A stretch of DNA of 64,000 bases from an uncultured Nitrososphaerota archaeon (GCA_964594835.1 CAZQNA010000003.1:133295-197294); one strand, 5' to 3'. Shown: positions 16,694 through 26,353, counted from the stretch's first letter. Numbers and translations: made by a program. Notes: generated by a model not told the origin, from the letters alone.

Positions 16694-19390
16694 TCAGACG
16701 TCCAGCCTCCTCTGGGCCCCGGCCATCCTGCGCCAGGCCTCGCTGGGCCTCGCAGAGGCCTTGGCGGGGAATGCCTCCACCTCGACCCTCACCACGACTG
16801 GGAACGGGATGGGGCTGGCCATCCCCCATATGACCGCCTCGTGGTCTCTGAGCGAGGGAAGGAACCTCACGACGGCCTCCCCGGCCTCGGTGTACTTCGC
16901 GATGGCCTCCTGGTCGTTGCCGCTCTGCAGCCTGAACGCCGCCACGGTGTTGCACTGGCTGATGACGCCCTTCGAAACGTAGCTGGGCCTCTGGGTCACG
17001 ACTATGAAGCCCAGGTTGTACCCGCCGGCCTGGCTCACGGCCTCGGTCAGGGCGGACGCGATCCCCGAGCCGTATGGGTCTCCGACCACCGGGGAGCCCC
17101 TCTCCGGCGCCAGGTACTGGGCCTCCTCGACCACCACTATGGCGGCGAAGTCGCCGGCCCTCCTCCTGCTGACGGCGTGGGAGACGAGCCTGCGTATGAT
17201 CCTGCGGAGGGCGACGAACTGATCGTCGTAGTGGTTGTCCAGGCTCAAGTCCACGACGACGGCCGGGAAGTCCCCCAGGACCCTGACCACGTCGACGCCC
17301 TCCCCCCTCGACCTCTCTATGTCTCCCGCCGCCCTCCTGAGCCTGGCCTCGAGTCGGCGGAGCAGGGCCGTCCTGTCCCTGAGGGCCATCCTGGCGGCCA
17401 GGGTTCTGGCCCTGGAGATTATCCCGTCGACGGTCATGTCCCCGGCCTCGGCGGCCTCCTCGGCCGCCATGACGGTCAGCTCCCAGGCCCTCGTGCCGCG
17501 GTCGATCCCGGCCCTCCTCGCCACGTCCTCAGGTCTCAGGGCCCCGGACGTCGGGAGGAACGCCCTGTACTCCATCACCACGCCGCCCAGGTCGGCCAGT
17601 CCCTCGTACTCCCCCCTCCTGTCCAGCACGAGGAACCTGGGGCCGGGGGCGGCCTCCATCCCCCTCCTGATCAGGTTCAGGGTGAAGCTGCTGTTGTGCA
17701 CGAACGCCCCGTTGGCCAGGAAGTTCTCGTGCCTGTCGACGCTAAGGTCGTAGACCAGGTCCCCCTCGGCGTCCACCTCGATGACCGCCACGATCCTCTC
17801 GAACGTGACCTTCGCGTTGAGCACCCTGCTCACGAGCCTCAGGAGCCTCTCCAGGAGGGCCCTCTCACCTGGGTCCCTCGCCCTCTCCGCCGCCTCGACC
17901 AGCCTCTCCCTAGCCCTGATCAGCCTCTCCTTGTCTACGAGGTCCTCAGAGCCGATCATCCTCTTCGCCAGGAGCCTGAGCCTGCGCGGACCGTCCAGGG
18001 GAACCCTGAGGGTCGCGAGGCCCGCCCCGCTGAACCTCCCCGCGACCTCCTCCCTGAGGACCTTGAGGTCCCTCGAGTCCAGGACGAGGTAGTCATCCCC
18101 GAACTCGACGGTCCTGACCCCGGCCACCGCGGCAAGCGTGGAGGCGGCGGTCAGCTCCTGCCTGGACCTTGAGAGGAGGAAGAACTCCCCGTTGCCGTTG
18201 CAGCCCGTCCCCATGCAGCCAAGGGCTGAGGCGAGGGCGGCCCTGACGGTCCTCCCGTCGTACCTCAGCGCGAACGCCGGCCCCTCCCTCGCCGCCAGGT
18301 CGAGGACTCCGTCTGCCTCTATCAGGAGGCTGGAGGGATCCCGGAGGTCCGTCCAGCCTACGCCCAGGGACATGAGGCTCAGCCTGAAGTCGTCGGGCGC
18401 GCCTATCACGTAGATCTCCGACCTGTCCCTCCTGTGGCCCTGCGCGGCCACCACGCCGGCGACGGACGCGAGTTCTGGGTCCAGGGATCCCCTGCCCAGC
18501 TCCCCCCCTCCCCAGGGGACGACCAGGAAGTCCCTGCCGACCCTGACCGACTCCGGCCTGGCCGTCGCGACCCTCCCTCCCCTGAAAACGAGGAGGGAGT
18601 GATCTCCTGTGACCCTCAGCCTCCTTCCCGTCTCGGTGACGATCTCGTACATCCTCTGCGGTGAGGGGTGGGCCAGGATCGCCTTCACCGGGGCCCACTC
18701 CGGCTGGAGGGTCCTCCTGTTCAGGGCGAGGGTGAAGTACCTGACGCCCCCTACCTGCCCCCTCACCACCGCGAAGAAGTCCCCTATCGGGCCCAGCCAC
18801 ATCATGTCCTCGGCGACGTCGTATATGGCGATCACGGTGTCTCCGGAGACGCTCTTGCCCGACCTCGTCATTCCGGCCACGAACATGTGACCCCTGGCCA
18901 CGGCGTCGAGGTCCAGGTGCAGGGGGGCCCCGAGGCCCCTCATCCCACCCACCCTGACCGGCGTCCCCCCGGTGGCGGTGTCGCCCACGAAGTGCGCCAG
19001 CTCCTCGGCCGTGGGCTCAACCACGGGGGTCATGGTGGAGGGTGGAGCCTCGAGCGGAGATATCTCGCCCGACAGCGGGTCTCTGTACCCCAGGACCTCA
19101 GACTCTGCGAGCAGGTACTCCAGCTCGCTCGGGTAATCAGGCACGAGGCCCGACGAAGACGCGAGGACCGCGGCCCTCCCGGACTCCATCTCCTCGTTGA
19201 TCGCCGTGATCTCGTAGACCCTGACGAAGACCGTGGGCCCGTCAGGTCCGAAGAAGGGGTGCCTGAACCCGTAGTACCTACCGACGGCTACTCTCCTGTC
19301 TCTTCTTACCACGAAAGCCACTCTGGTGGGCGTGGATCCTGACATCACGTAGCCCACGATCCTCGCGTCCTCCAATCGAGCGCACCTCAC
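16694..19390 (-). CDS. herA: HerA/FtsK-family ATPase (DUF87) containing an intein
   Basis: HAS-barrel-like N-terminus; H-x-F-V-A-GMTRSGK|S Walker A split by the intein; LVLDRRGEY; Walker B VVEEAQ; VTQRPS; directly downstream of nurA. Confidence 0.9.
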   Translation of the reverse strand: MRCARLEDARIVGYVMSGSTPTRVAFVVRRDRRVAVGRYYGFRHPFFGPDGPTVFVRVYEITAINEEMESGRAAVLASSSGLVPDYPSELEYLLAESEVLGYRDPLSGEISPLEAPPSTMTPVVEPTAEELAHFVGDTATGGTPVRVGGMRGLGAPLHLDLDAVARGHMFVAGMTRSGKSVSGDTVIAIYDVAEDMMWLGPIGDFFAVVRGQVGGVRYFTLALNRRTLQPEWAPVKAILAHPSPQRMYEIVTETGRRLRVTGDHSLLVFRGGRVATARPESVRVGRDFLVVPWGGGELGRGSLDPELASVAGVVAAQGHRRDRSEIYVIGAPDDFRLSLMSLGVGWTDLRDPSSLLIEADGVLDLAAREGPAFALRYDGRTVRAALASALGCMGTGCNGNGEFFLLSRSRQELTAASTLAAVAGVRTVEFGDDYLVLDSRDLKVLREEVAGRFSGAGLATLRVPLDGPRRLRLLAKRMIGSEDLVDKERLIRARERLVEAAERARDPGERALLERLLRLVSRVLNAKVTFERIVAVIEVDAEGDLVYDLSVDRHENFLANGAFVHNSSFTLNLIRRGMEAAPGPRFLVLDRRGEYEGLADLGGVVMEYRAFLPTSGALRPEDVARRAGIDRGTRAWELTVMAAEEAAEAGDMTVDGIISRARTLAARMALRDRTALLRRLEARLRRAAGDIERSRGEGVDVVRVLGDFPAVVVDLSLDNHYDDQFVALRRIIRRLVSHAVSRRRAGDFAAIVVVEEAQYLAPERGSPVVGDPYGSGIASALTEAVSQAGGYNLGFIVVTQRPSYVSKGVISQCNTVAAFRLQSGNDQEAIAKYTEAGEAVVRFLPSLRDHEAVIWGMASPIPFPVVVRVEVEAFPAKASARPSEAWRRMAGAQRRLDV
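17693..18853 (-). mobile_element. Intein (387 aa) at the HerA Walker A motif, with degenerate LAGLIDADG endonuclease
   Basis: Starts SVSGDT; block B VTGDHSL; ends VYDLSVDRHENFLANGAFVHN followed by +1 Ser. Splicing would restore GMTRSGKSSF. Confidence 0.92.
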
Positions 19391-20547
19391 GACTCACCGT
19401 GCTGAAGGGCCAGCAGGGTGAGTATGTCGACCCTCTCGGTCCCCAGCCTCGAGGCCAGGGTCGAGAACATCCGGCGGTGGAGCAGGGCGGCCTCACGGTT
19501 GGTCACCCGCGTGAGGCGGTCCACCGCCACTATGGGGACGGGGAGGCCAGCCGGGGGAACCCTGAGAGAGTACAGCCTGCTGACCACCTCGTGCACCCTG
19601 TCGAGGGCGAACTCCGGGACGTCCAGTCTGTAGGACTGGCCCCCTGTCCCCGACCTCACGATCACGGAGTGGGGCCTCAGGCCCGAGGGGTCGACGTCGG
19701 CCTCCCTGAGGTGCCCGAGCAGGTCGGCCCACGCGGACTCCATTGGGAGCGGGGAGGTGTACTCTCCGGGGGACAGGCAGAGCGCCGCCAGGGCGGAGTC
19801 GCCCGTGGAATCGAGGCCTATCATTCTGGCGACGTGGGTGGACCTCACCCGCTTCACCACGCCCACGACCGGGACCCCCCTCTCCCTCGCCTCCTCGAGC
19901 AGGAGGGAGAGCGACCTCCAGGCGGACCAGTAAGCCCTCAGGTAGGTCCTGCCGTAGTGCCTACCCCTAGGGCCGTAGGCGCTCCTCCTGAGAACGAGCG
20001 GACCGTCGATCAGGATGCCGTCGCTGGACTCCTCCACGATCCTCCTAGCCAGCTCGAACTGCAGGTAGTATCCCACGAGCGTGGAGAGCTTCTTGGCCTC
20101 CTCCTCGTCCCCGTAGAGCCTCGGGAGCTTTGCCGTCGCGGACCTCGGTCCTGAGATCATGGTGGAGCCCCTGAAGGTCGCCCCGACAGCCGTCACGATC
20201 GGGTAGACCCCGACGAGGAGGTCTCTGCCGTTGGCGCCAGCATCAACGGCCCCGAAGGTCGAGGAGGAGGGATCCACCGGCTCAACCCTCTGGATGCCCA
20301 CCGAGGAGCGGAGGGCCGCCCTCAGGCGGCGTATCTTCTCGGCGAGCCTCATGGTCTCGTCGGCGTGCTCGACTGCCTGCTCGGCCAGCTCGGCCCTCAG
20401 CCTATCGTAAGGCACCAGCTTGTACTCCAGCGGAGCCTCGCCCAGGTAGGGCTCCAGCGGGCCGCGCCGGTCGACCCCGCGCCTGACGGCCTTGGCCAAC
20501 TCGCATCCCCGAGATCGCGTAAGTTTGACGATACTTTCCTCCTCCAT
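19387..20547 (-). CDS. nurA: NurA-family 5'-3' nuclease
   Basis: FGAVDAG, ILIDGPL, VGVVKR, GLPVPIVAVD; overlaps the herA start. Confidence 0.88.
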   Translation of the reverse strand: MEEESIVKLTRSRGCELAKAVRRGVDRRGPLEPYLGEAPLEYKLVPYDRLRAELAEQAVEHADETMRLAEKIRRLRAALRSSVGIQRVEPVDPSSSTFGAVDAGANGRDLLVGVYPIVTAVGATFRGSTMISGPRSATAKLPRLYGDEEEAKKLSTLVGYYLQFELARRIVEESSDGILIDGPLVLRRSAYGPRGRHYGRTYLRAYWSAWRSLSLLLEEARERGVPVVGVVKRVRSTHVARMIGLDSTGDSALAALCLSPGEYTSPLPMESAWADLLGHLREADVDPSGLRPHSVIVRSGTGGQSYRLDVPEFALDRVHEVVSRLYSLRVPPAGLPVPIVAVDRLTRVTNREAALLHRRMFSTLASRLGTERVDILTLLALQHGES

Positions 20548-20688
20548 GTAGATAAATTATGATACTCAGCCTTCATGTGTAAATCCAAAACTTAACTTCA
20601 AAATGCGCGCGTGCCGCTTGAGGATCGCTTTGACGTTAGAAGACTTTTTTAGTTATCAAAATTGATTTTGCAGCGGAAGGCGACCACC

Positions 20689-21450
20689 TTGGCCAGGGGC
20701 ACGTACCTGGTGTTGGCCGAGAACGGCTCGATTGAGGAGCTGACGGCGGTACACAGGAGGCTGCCCCCGAGGGTGGTCTACGGGCTCGTTCAGAGGGGAT
20801 CGAGCGGGGACTCGGCGGTGAGGGAGTACTGCGACAGGGTCGGCCCCTTCGTCGAGAGGGTGGTCCTCCAGGAGGTCAACCTCTACGACCTCGACGAGGT
20901 CCTCGACGTTGTCCAGCACGCCGCCCACGAGGCCGAGAGGGACGGGGCAGAGGTTTACCTTCTGCTCAACTCCGTATCTCCCGTCGTTCCCGCGGCCTTC
21001 CAGCTCGCCGCCTCCTTCTTCGGCCTGAGGGTGGTCGTCGCCTACGGGGACTCGGTCGACGAACTCCCAGTCCCGCCAGCCGGCGTGCTGGCGATGCCCA
21101 AGAGGGTCCTGGACATAGTTGAGGCCCTCGCGAAGAGCCCCGAGGGGATGAAGCTCAGCGAGCTCGCCTCCGCGGTGGAGCACAGGGAGAGGGTGAGGGG
21201 AAAGAGGAGCAAGACGGACGAGCTGAGGAGGAGGGTCGCGACGGTCGACTACTACATCAACAGGTACCTCAAGCCGCAGGGCCTCGTCGAGGTGGGCCCC
21301 GGCCAGGGTGAGGGGCGGGGGTTCAGGATAAGGCTGACCCAGAGGGGCAGGGTCGTGGCCAGGCGGGTCGAGTACTTCAAGGAGGCCATCTCAAGGCTAG
21401 AGGGCGCGAAGAAGCCTGAGGGCCCAGCTCTCGTGAGCGTGAGCGGGTGA
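20689..21450 (+). CDS. CARF/Rossmann-like + winged-helix transcriptional regulator (Csa3/DUF6293-like)
   Basis: N-terminal alpha/beta domain (VNLYDLDEV...VYLLLNS...AFQLAA) then wHTH (ALAKSPEGMKLSELA...YLKPQGLVEV...IRLTQRG). Confidence 0.7.
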   Translation: MARGTYLVLAENGSIEELTAVHRRLPPRVVYGLVQRGSSGDSAVREYCDRVGPFVERVVLQEVNLYDLDEVLDVVQHAAHEAERDGAEVYLLLNSVSPVVPAAFQLAASFFGLRVVVAYGDSVDELPVPPAGVLAMPKRVLDIVEALAKSPEGMKLSELASAVEHRERVRGKRSKTDELRRRVATVDYYINRYLKPQGLVEVGPGQGEGRGFRIRLTQRGRVVARRVEYFKEAISRLEGAKKPEGPALVSVSG

Positions 21451-21469
21451 GGCCGGGGAGTCGGGGGGC

Positions 21470-23440
21470 TCAGTCAGCCCCCCTCTCCAGCTCGTACCTG
21501 AGGAGCCTCTCCAGGTCTCTCCTCACGATGGGCTCGATCCTCCTGTAGAGATCCGGGTTGATCTCCCTCAGCTGCTCGACCTTTATGGCGGCCTCGATTA
21601 TCTGGTACCTGCGTCCCTCGAGGGACGTCCTCTCGAGCTCCTCCCGCAGCGAGGAGACCACGGGCGTGAAGGCCCCCTCGAGTGACCTCAGCCCCCTCCC
21701 AGCCAGCCTCAGGAAGTCGTACCACACGTCCCTCAGCCTGAGCCCCACGAGGGCCTGCACCAGGTAGGCGGCGGCCAGCAGCAGAAGGACGGTCCCCAGC
21801 CTCTTCGTCACCCAGACTCCCAGGAACGCCTGGGCCAGCTGGACCCGCTCTATCACCACATAGGTCGTGAGGGTGAGGGTGGCCATGAAGAGGTTCACGC
21901 CGACTCCGAGCCTGAACACCGAGAAGATGAACCAGTTGAGGACGAGGAACATGATGCCGAGGATGAATGTCTGGGGCTCAATCAGATAGTAGGCCGTCAG
22001 GACGATGAGGCAGGCGGCCGAGACGGTCAGGTCCCTGACCGTGCCCAGCGGGCCAATGGTTCCCCTCCTCAGCTGGAAGTCGGCCAGCGAGATCAGGGCG
22101 AGCGAGAGAAGTATGCCCACGTCAGCTATGCCTACGAGGGTGTTCGTCTCCAGGAGGCCCATTATCAGCGCCATGGCGAGGGTGAACATCCAAGAGTGCC
22201 TCGTTATCGACTGGGGGATCAGCCCGTCCCTGCCCAGCTCCTCGAGGTGCCTCTTGGCGGCCATGTAGGAGGGGGTGAGGGTGGTCACGGCCGCCAGTAG
22301 GACCAGGGCGGAGTTGACCAGCACGGCCGTCTCCCCGATCCCGAAGGATATCTCCAGCGGGGGGATGTCCCCCGACAGGTCGAAGGGCGATATGACGATG
22401 GAGTAGGCGGCGAAGATCACCGTCGACAGGGCCACGGTGAGCATCATCACCCAGCCCACGTACCTCTCCCTCGGTACCCTGCCGACGAGCGGTATCGATA
22501 TCTCCGGCCTGCTCTCCTCGAAGAGCGCCTGGACCTCTTGGAAGCCGAAGAGGACAAGGTAGATGTATCCGGCGTTGAACACGACGTCCCTCAGCGCGAT
22601 CCCGCTCTCGGCGAGGACGTCGATCGGAGACGACGGGGAACTCTCAAGGAAGCTGGACAGGCTGATGAACAGGAGGGCGAGGAACGTTATGATCAGAACG
22701 GCCTGGACCGCGGTGACCTCCCTCCTGTGCGTACCCTCGTACTTGAACAGGAGGGCCGCCCAGAGGAGGACCGCGCCGCCTATCCCCATGATCATGAGCT
22801 CGGCCCCCTCGCCCCAGAACCCCAGGGTGGAGAGCACCTCCGGGAGATAGGAGGCCAGGAACTTCACCGACATGACGAGGTTGAAGGCGGTGAGCGCCGT
22901 CGTCCCGACCCACATGCTGAGCCTGCTGAGGAAGTAGGACGCCCCGGGGCCGTAGGCCGACTTGACGAACGCGGGCCCACCTACGGACCTCTCCCCCCTG
23001 CCCGAGAGGAGCCTACCCATGGTGCCGTAGGCCTGCGCCAGCAGGAGAGAGATGGCCCCAGAGACGGCGATGGCCGCCAGGGTGGAGGCCACCGAGGAGG
23101 ACCTTATCGCGTAGGGGAGGACCGTGAGCATGGATATGCCCATGGTCGACCCCAGCCCAGCCACCAGGAGGGAGAGGAACCCGTAGATGGGCTCCGGCGC
23201 CGCCTCCCCCATCTTCAGCTCGAGGCCACCGACCAGCCTGCGGAATATCCCCCCGAGGAATATGAGCCCCCCGATGCCGTAGACCATGGCGAGGGTGGAG
23301 CCCAAGATGAGGGAGACCGGGTTCCTGTCCCTGAAGAGCGCGAGCCCCACCAGGAGCGCCGCGGCCAGCATCAGGCTCAGCGCGCCGGCGAATAGCCTCA
23401 CGACCAGCAGGGCCCTCTTGAGCTGATCGGTCACCACCAC
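21470..23440 (-). CDS. APC-family amino acid permease
   Basis: GSTMGISM TM1 motif, GGPAFVKSAYG, FGFQE, many TMs. Confidence 0.82.
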   Translation of the reverse strand: MVVTDQLKRALLVVRLFAGALSLMLAAALLVGLALFRDRNPVSLILGSTLAMVYGIGGLIFLGGIFRRLVGGLELKMGEAAPEPIYGFLSLLVAGLGSTMGISMLTVLPYAIRSSSVASTLAAIAVSGAISLLLAQAYGTMGRLLSGRGERSVGGPAFVKSAYGPGASYFLSRLSMWVGTTALTAFNLVMSVKFLASYLPEVLSTLGFWGEGAELMIMGIGGAVLLWAALLFKYEGTHRREVTAVQAVLIITFLALLFISLSSFLESSPSSPIDVLAESGIALRDVVFNAGYIYLVLFGFQEVQALFEESRPEISIPLVGRVPRERYVGWVMMLTVALSTVIFAAYSIVISPFDLSGDIPPLEISFGIGETAVLVNSALVLLAAVTTLTPSYMAAKRHLEELGRDGLIPQSITRHSWMFTLAMALIMGLLETNTLVGIADVGILLSLALISLADFQLRRGTIGPLGTVRDLTVSAACLIVLTAYYLIEPQTFILGIMFLVLNWFIFSVFRLGVGVNLFMATLTLTTYVVIERVQLAQAFLGVWVTKRLGTVLLLLAAAYLVQALVGLRLRDVWYDFLRLAGRGLRSLEGAFTPVVSSLREELERTSLEGRRYQIIEAAIKVEQLREINPDLYRRIEPIVRRDLERLLRYELERGAD

Positions 23441-23446
23441 GGGTGA

Positions 23447-23872
23447 TCATCCCTCCTCCATCACGCCCAGACCCTGCATCACCTCACCGGCGTTCGAGAG
23501 GCTGTTGACGCACATGACCAAGAGGGCGAGGCCCACGAGGAAGGTGAGGAACCTTATGCCGGAGACGTTTGCTTGGGTCAGGAGGTCCAGGAACTGGTAC
23601 ATGGCCCCCTGAAACTCCTCCTCACTCGACGGTACCACCAGCAGCAGGCCGACCACGAGGAATATGGCCGACAGGAGGAACTGCATCAGCACGTATAGCA
23701 GGCCAAGGAACTTGCTACCGTAGAGTAGGGGGTGCCTTATCGCGAAAACCAGCCTCGAGAGGGCCGGGTCCCTCTCCATCCTCTTGATCAGGCTGGCGAC
23801 CTCTGAAGGATCGTCGAGCCTCCCCCTGACCGCCTCAGCCAGCCTGTCAACGGTGTCGTCGCCTGAATCCAT
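23447..23872 (-). CDS. Hypothetical 2-TM membrane protein
   Basis: Two hydrophobic helices; co-oriented with the permease. Confidence 0.7.
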   Translation of the reverse strand: MDSGDDTVDRLAEAVRGRLDDPSEVASLIKRMERDPALSRLVFAIRHPLLYGSKFLGLLYVLMQFLLSAIFLVVGLLLVVPSSEEEFQGAMYQFLDLLTQANVSGIRFLTFLVGLALLVMCVNSLSNAGEVMQGLGVMEEG

Positions 23873-23980
23873 CGGAAGTCGAAGGGGTCCCTCCGGTCAC
23901 CGGATAAACGTTCTGCGGCGCGCGCCTCCCCCAGCCCGGAGTCCGTGAATATTTTTGACGTTGGGGTCGCATGTCAACCG

Positions 23981-25189
23981 ATGGGCCGCCCCGGCGGAGA
24001 CAACGGCTCGGCAAGGTTCACGCTCTACTACCTGGCGTTCATCGTCACCCTGGCCCACGGGACCGTGACGACGCTCCTCTCCCTCTACCTCAACGCCATG
24101 GGCTACGGGGGCTCACAGATAGGGCTCTTCAACGCCGGATTCACCGCCGCCTCCGCGCTGGCCTCCTGGGCCGCCGGCCGCGTGTCGGCGGCGAGGGGCT
24201 ACGTGACCGCGCTCCTCCTATCCCTCATCCCGCCCGCGGCCCTCGCCCCGCTGTTCCCGCTCGCCATGACGCCGGCGGTGACCCTGACGGCCGTGCTGGT
24301 CTACGGCCTGTCCAACGGATCCTTTGGGACGGCCGCCGTGGGCCTGCTCTCGGAGATTCCGGGGGAGAGAGGCGCTGCCGTCTCGTTCGGGGCGTTCTAC
24401 ACCGCGGTCGTCCTGGGGAAAACGGCCTCCGGCGTGCTGGCGGGGGCCATCGTGGAGGGGGCGGGCTACCCCCACCTGCTCCTGGCCGGGGGACTCCTGA
24501 TGGCGGCCGCGGCCCCCTCGGTCGTCCTCCTCCAGGGCAAGGTGGGGAGCAGGGGGACGAGCCCCGTAAGGAGCCCGGCAGACAGAGCACCCCGCTCAGG
24601 CGGGGGAATCTCGCGCTCGATGGCGATCCTGCTCGTCGCCCTGTTCCTCCACACGATGGGGTTCATGGCGGTCAGCCCGTTCTTCTCCCTGTACGCCCTG
24701 AGAGAGCTGGGGCTCAGGGAGGGCCTCGTCGGAACCCTTATGTCCGTCCGGAGCTCGGGGGTCCTTCTCTTCGAGCTGGCCGCCGGGTACCTGGCAGCGC
24801 TCGCCGGCTCAACGGAGGTCTTGACCGCCCACGTCCTCCTGTCCTCGGTGGCCTGGTCGGCCTTCACACTCTCCCGGGGATTCTGGTCGGCCGCCGTCGT
24901 CCTCCTCTTCGGTGGCGTCGTGGGGGCGCTCGACATGCCAGCCAGGAGGTCCCTCATCTCCGAGCTGAGCGCCCCGGGGGAGGAGAGGGCCAGGTCCATG
25001 GGGCTCGTGGACTCCGTGACTGGAGTGGCCTCGGCCCTCGGATTCCTCGTGGGAGGCGCCCTGTGGGACGCGGTCGGTCCCAAGGCCCCCTTCTTGGTCG
25101 CCTCGGCGTACAACGCCGCGGCCGTCCCGCTCCTCATGTGGCTCAGGAGGAGGCGCCCTCGGGCGGCGCCGGGGCGGGACCAGTCCTGA
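23981..25189 (+). CDS. MFS transporter
   Basis: About 12 TMs; ARRSLISELSAPGEERARSMG, GGALWD. Confidence 0.9.
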   Translation: MGRPGGDNGSARFTLYYLAFIVTLAHGTVTTLLSLYLNAMGYGGSQIGLFNAGFTAASALASWAAGRVSAARGYVTALLLSLIPPAALAPLFPLAMTPAVTLTAVLVYGLSNGSFGTAAVGLLSEIPGERGAAVSFGAFYTAVVLGKTASGVLAGAIVEGAGYPHLLLAGGLLMAAAAPSVVLLQGKVGSRGTSPVRSPADRAPRSGGGISRSMAILLVALFLHTMGFMAVSPFFSLYALRELGLREGLVGTLMSVRSSGVLLFELAAGYLAALAGSTEVLTAHVLLSSVAWSAFTLSRGFWSAAVVLLFGGVVGALDMPARRSLISELSAPGEERARSMGLVDSVTGVASALGFLVGGALWDAVGPKAPFLVASAYNAAAVPLLMWLRRRRPRAAPGRDQS

Positions 25190-25201
25190 GGGTGACGGGG
25201 G

Positions 25202-25648
25202 TCAGCGAGATCCTGCTCGGGTGAGGAACCTCTGGAGGGGATTGAGAGACCAGAGGAGGGAGTCCAAGAGGATCCAGGCCGCCAGGATGTCCCTCATTGG
25301 GGTGAGGTCGACCTCCACGGTACCCCCGGGGATCGCCGCGGCTGCCCTCCCCGGGGCCCGGAGGGCGAAGGCCGCGAAGTAGGCCCCGGCTGCCGCGGAG
25401 AGTACGGGGGACAGCGGCGTCTCCCTGAGGGCCCCCGACAGGAAGGAGATCACCGCGTAGACCGCAAGGTCGACCGTCAGAAGCTCGGTCAGGGGAGGGA
25501 GGCTCGGCCCGAGCCCCTCCCCCGGGGCCGGGAGGAGGGACGCCAGGAGGCTAAGGGTCAGCCAGAAGGCCGCGGCCAGGAGCGCCCTCCTGGCGCCCTC
25601 CCTCAGGTCGACCGGTCGTCCCCCGCTCAGCCCCCTCTCAGGCTCCAC
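25202..25648 (-). CDS. Hypothetical membrane protein
   Basis: Hydrophobic; overlapping three-gene operon. Confidence 0.65.
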   Translation of the reverse strand: MEPERGLSGGRPVDLREGARRALLAAAFWLTLSLLASLLPAPGEGLGPSLPPLTELLTVDLAVYAVISFLSGALRETPLSPVLSAAAGAYFAAFALRAPGRAAAAIPGGTVEVDLTPMRDILAAWILLDSLLWSLNPLQRFLTRAGSR

Positions 25649-25977
25649 CTGGCCCTCACCTCCACCACGCCCATGGATCTGAGGACCATCTCGGCCCCGT
25701 CGGCCGCCGCCAGTAGAGCGGGGTCCAGCTCAACCCCTCGGCTGCTGCCCGGGGGGAGCGTCATCTCTACGGCGCCCACTAGGTCCCGATCCGAGTAGAA
25801 GGCGAGCCGGATCTCCACCTCCATCGGTGAGGAGTTCCTGACGACGAGGCCGCCTGACGGGGATGGCTCGATCGCTATGTCGCCCTCGTAGAGGGAGTAC
25901 GCCAGCAGCAGCCACGGGACGAGGTAGAGCAGGAAGAGAGCCCCTGCAGCCAGTCTAAGGGGAGTAGACGGATTCAC
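25627..25977 (-). CDS. Hypothetical membrane-anchored protein
   Basis: GTG start overlaps the upstream TGA; N-terminal TM followed by a beta-rich domain. Confidence 0.6.
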   Translation of the reverse strand: MNPSTPLRLAAGALFLLYLVPWLLLAYSLYEGDIAIEPSPSGGLVVRNSSPMEVEIRLAFYSDRDLVGAVEMTLPPGSSRGVELDPALLAAADGAEMVLRSMGVVEVRARWSLRGG

Positions 25978-26240
25978 GACCCCTCCTCCCCCTCCCTCAG
26001 CTTGAGGAGTCCCCAGAGTCCCCTGTCTAGCAGGTAACCACCGGCGGTCATTCCGACGGCGAGCGGGACGAGCCTGATTATGGTCGACACGAGGGTGGAA
26101 AGTCCGCTCTCCAGGTCCCCGCTGGGAGGGGGCGAAGAGAACATCTGAACGCTGTAGTAGAAGCCCGCCACGACCATTCCGATCCCGAGGAGGGCTGACA
26201 CCGTGGCCACCACCAGCGCGAGCCTCGAGGGAGTCACCAT
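25974..26240 (-). CDS. Hypothetical 2-TM protein
   Basis: Two TMs; operon context. Confidence 0.65.
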   Translation of the reverse strand: MVTPSRLALVVATVSALLGIGMVVAGFYYSVQMFSSPPPSGDLESGLSTLVSTIIRLVPLAVGMTAGGYLLDRGLWGLLKLREGEEGS

Positions 26241-26353
26241 CGTCCCACCTCCCGTGCAGATTCGTCACCGGTCGAGGGTCGGCTCCTTTTATCTACCTGA
26301 CCCCCGCGGGCCTGCGGGGTAGGGAGACGTCGCGGAGGGCCCTGGTCGCGCTG

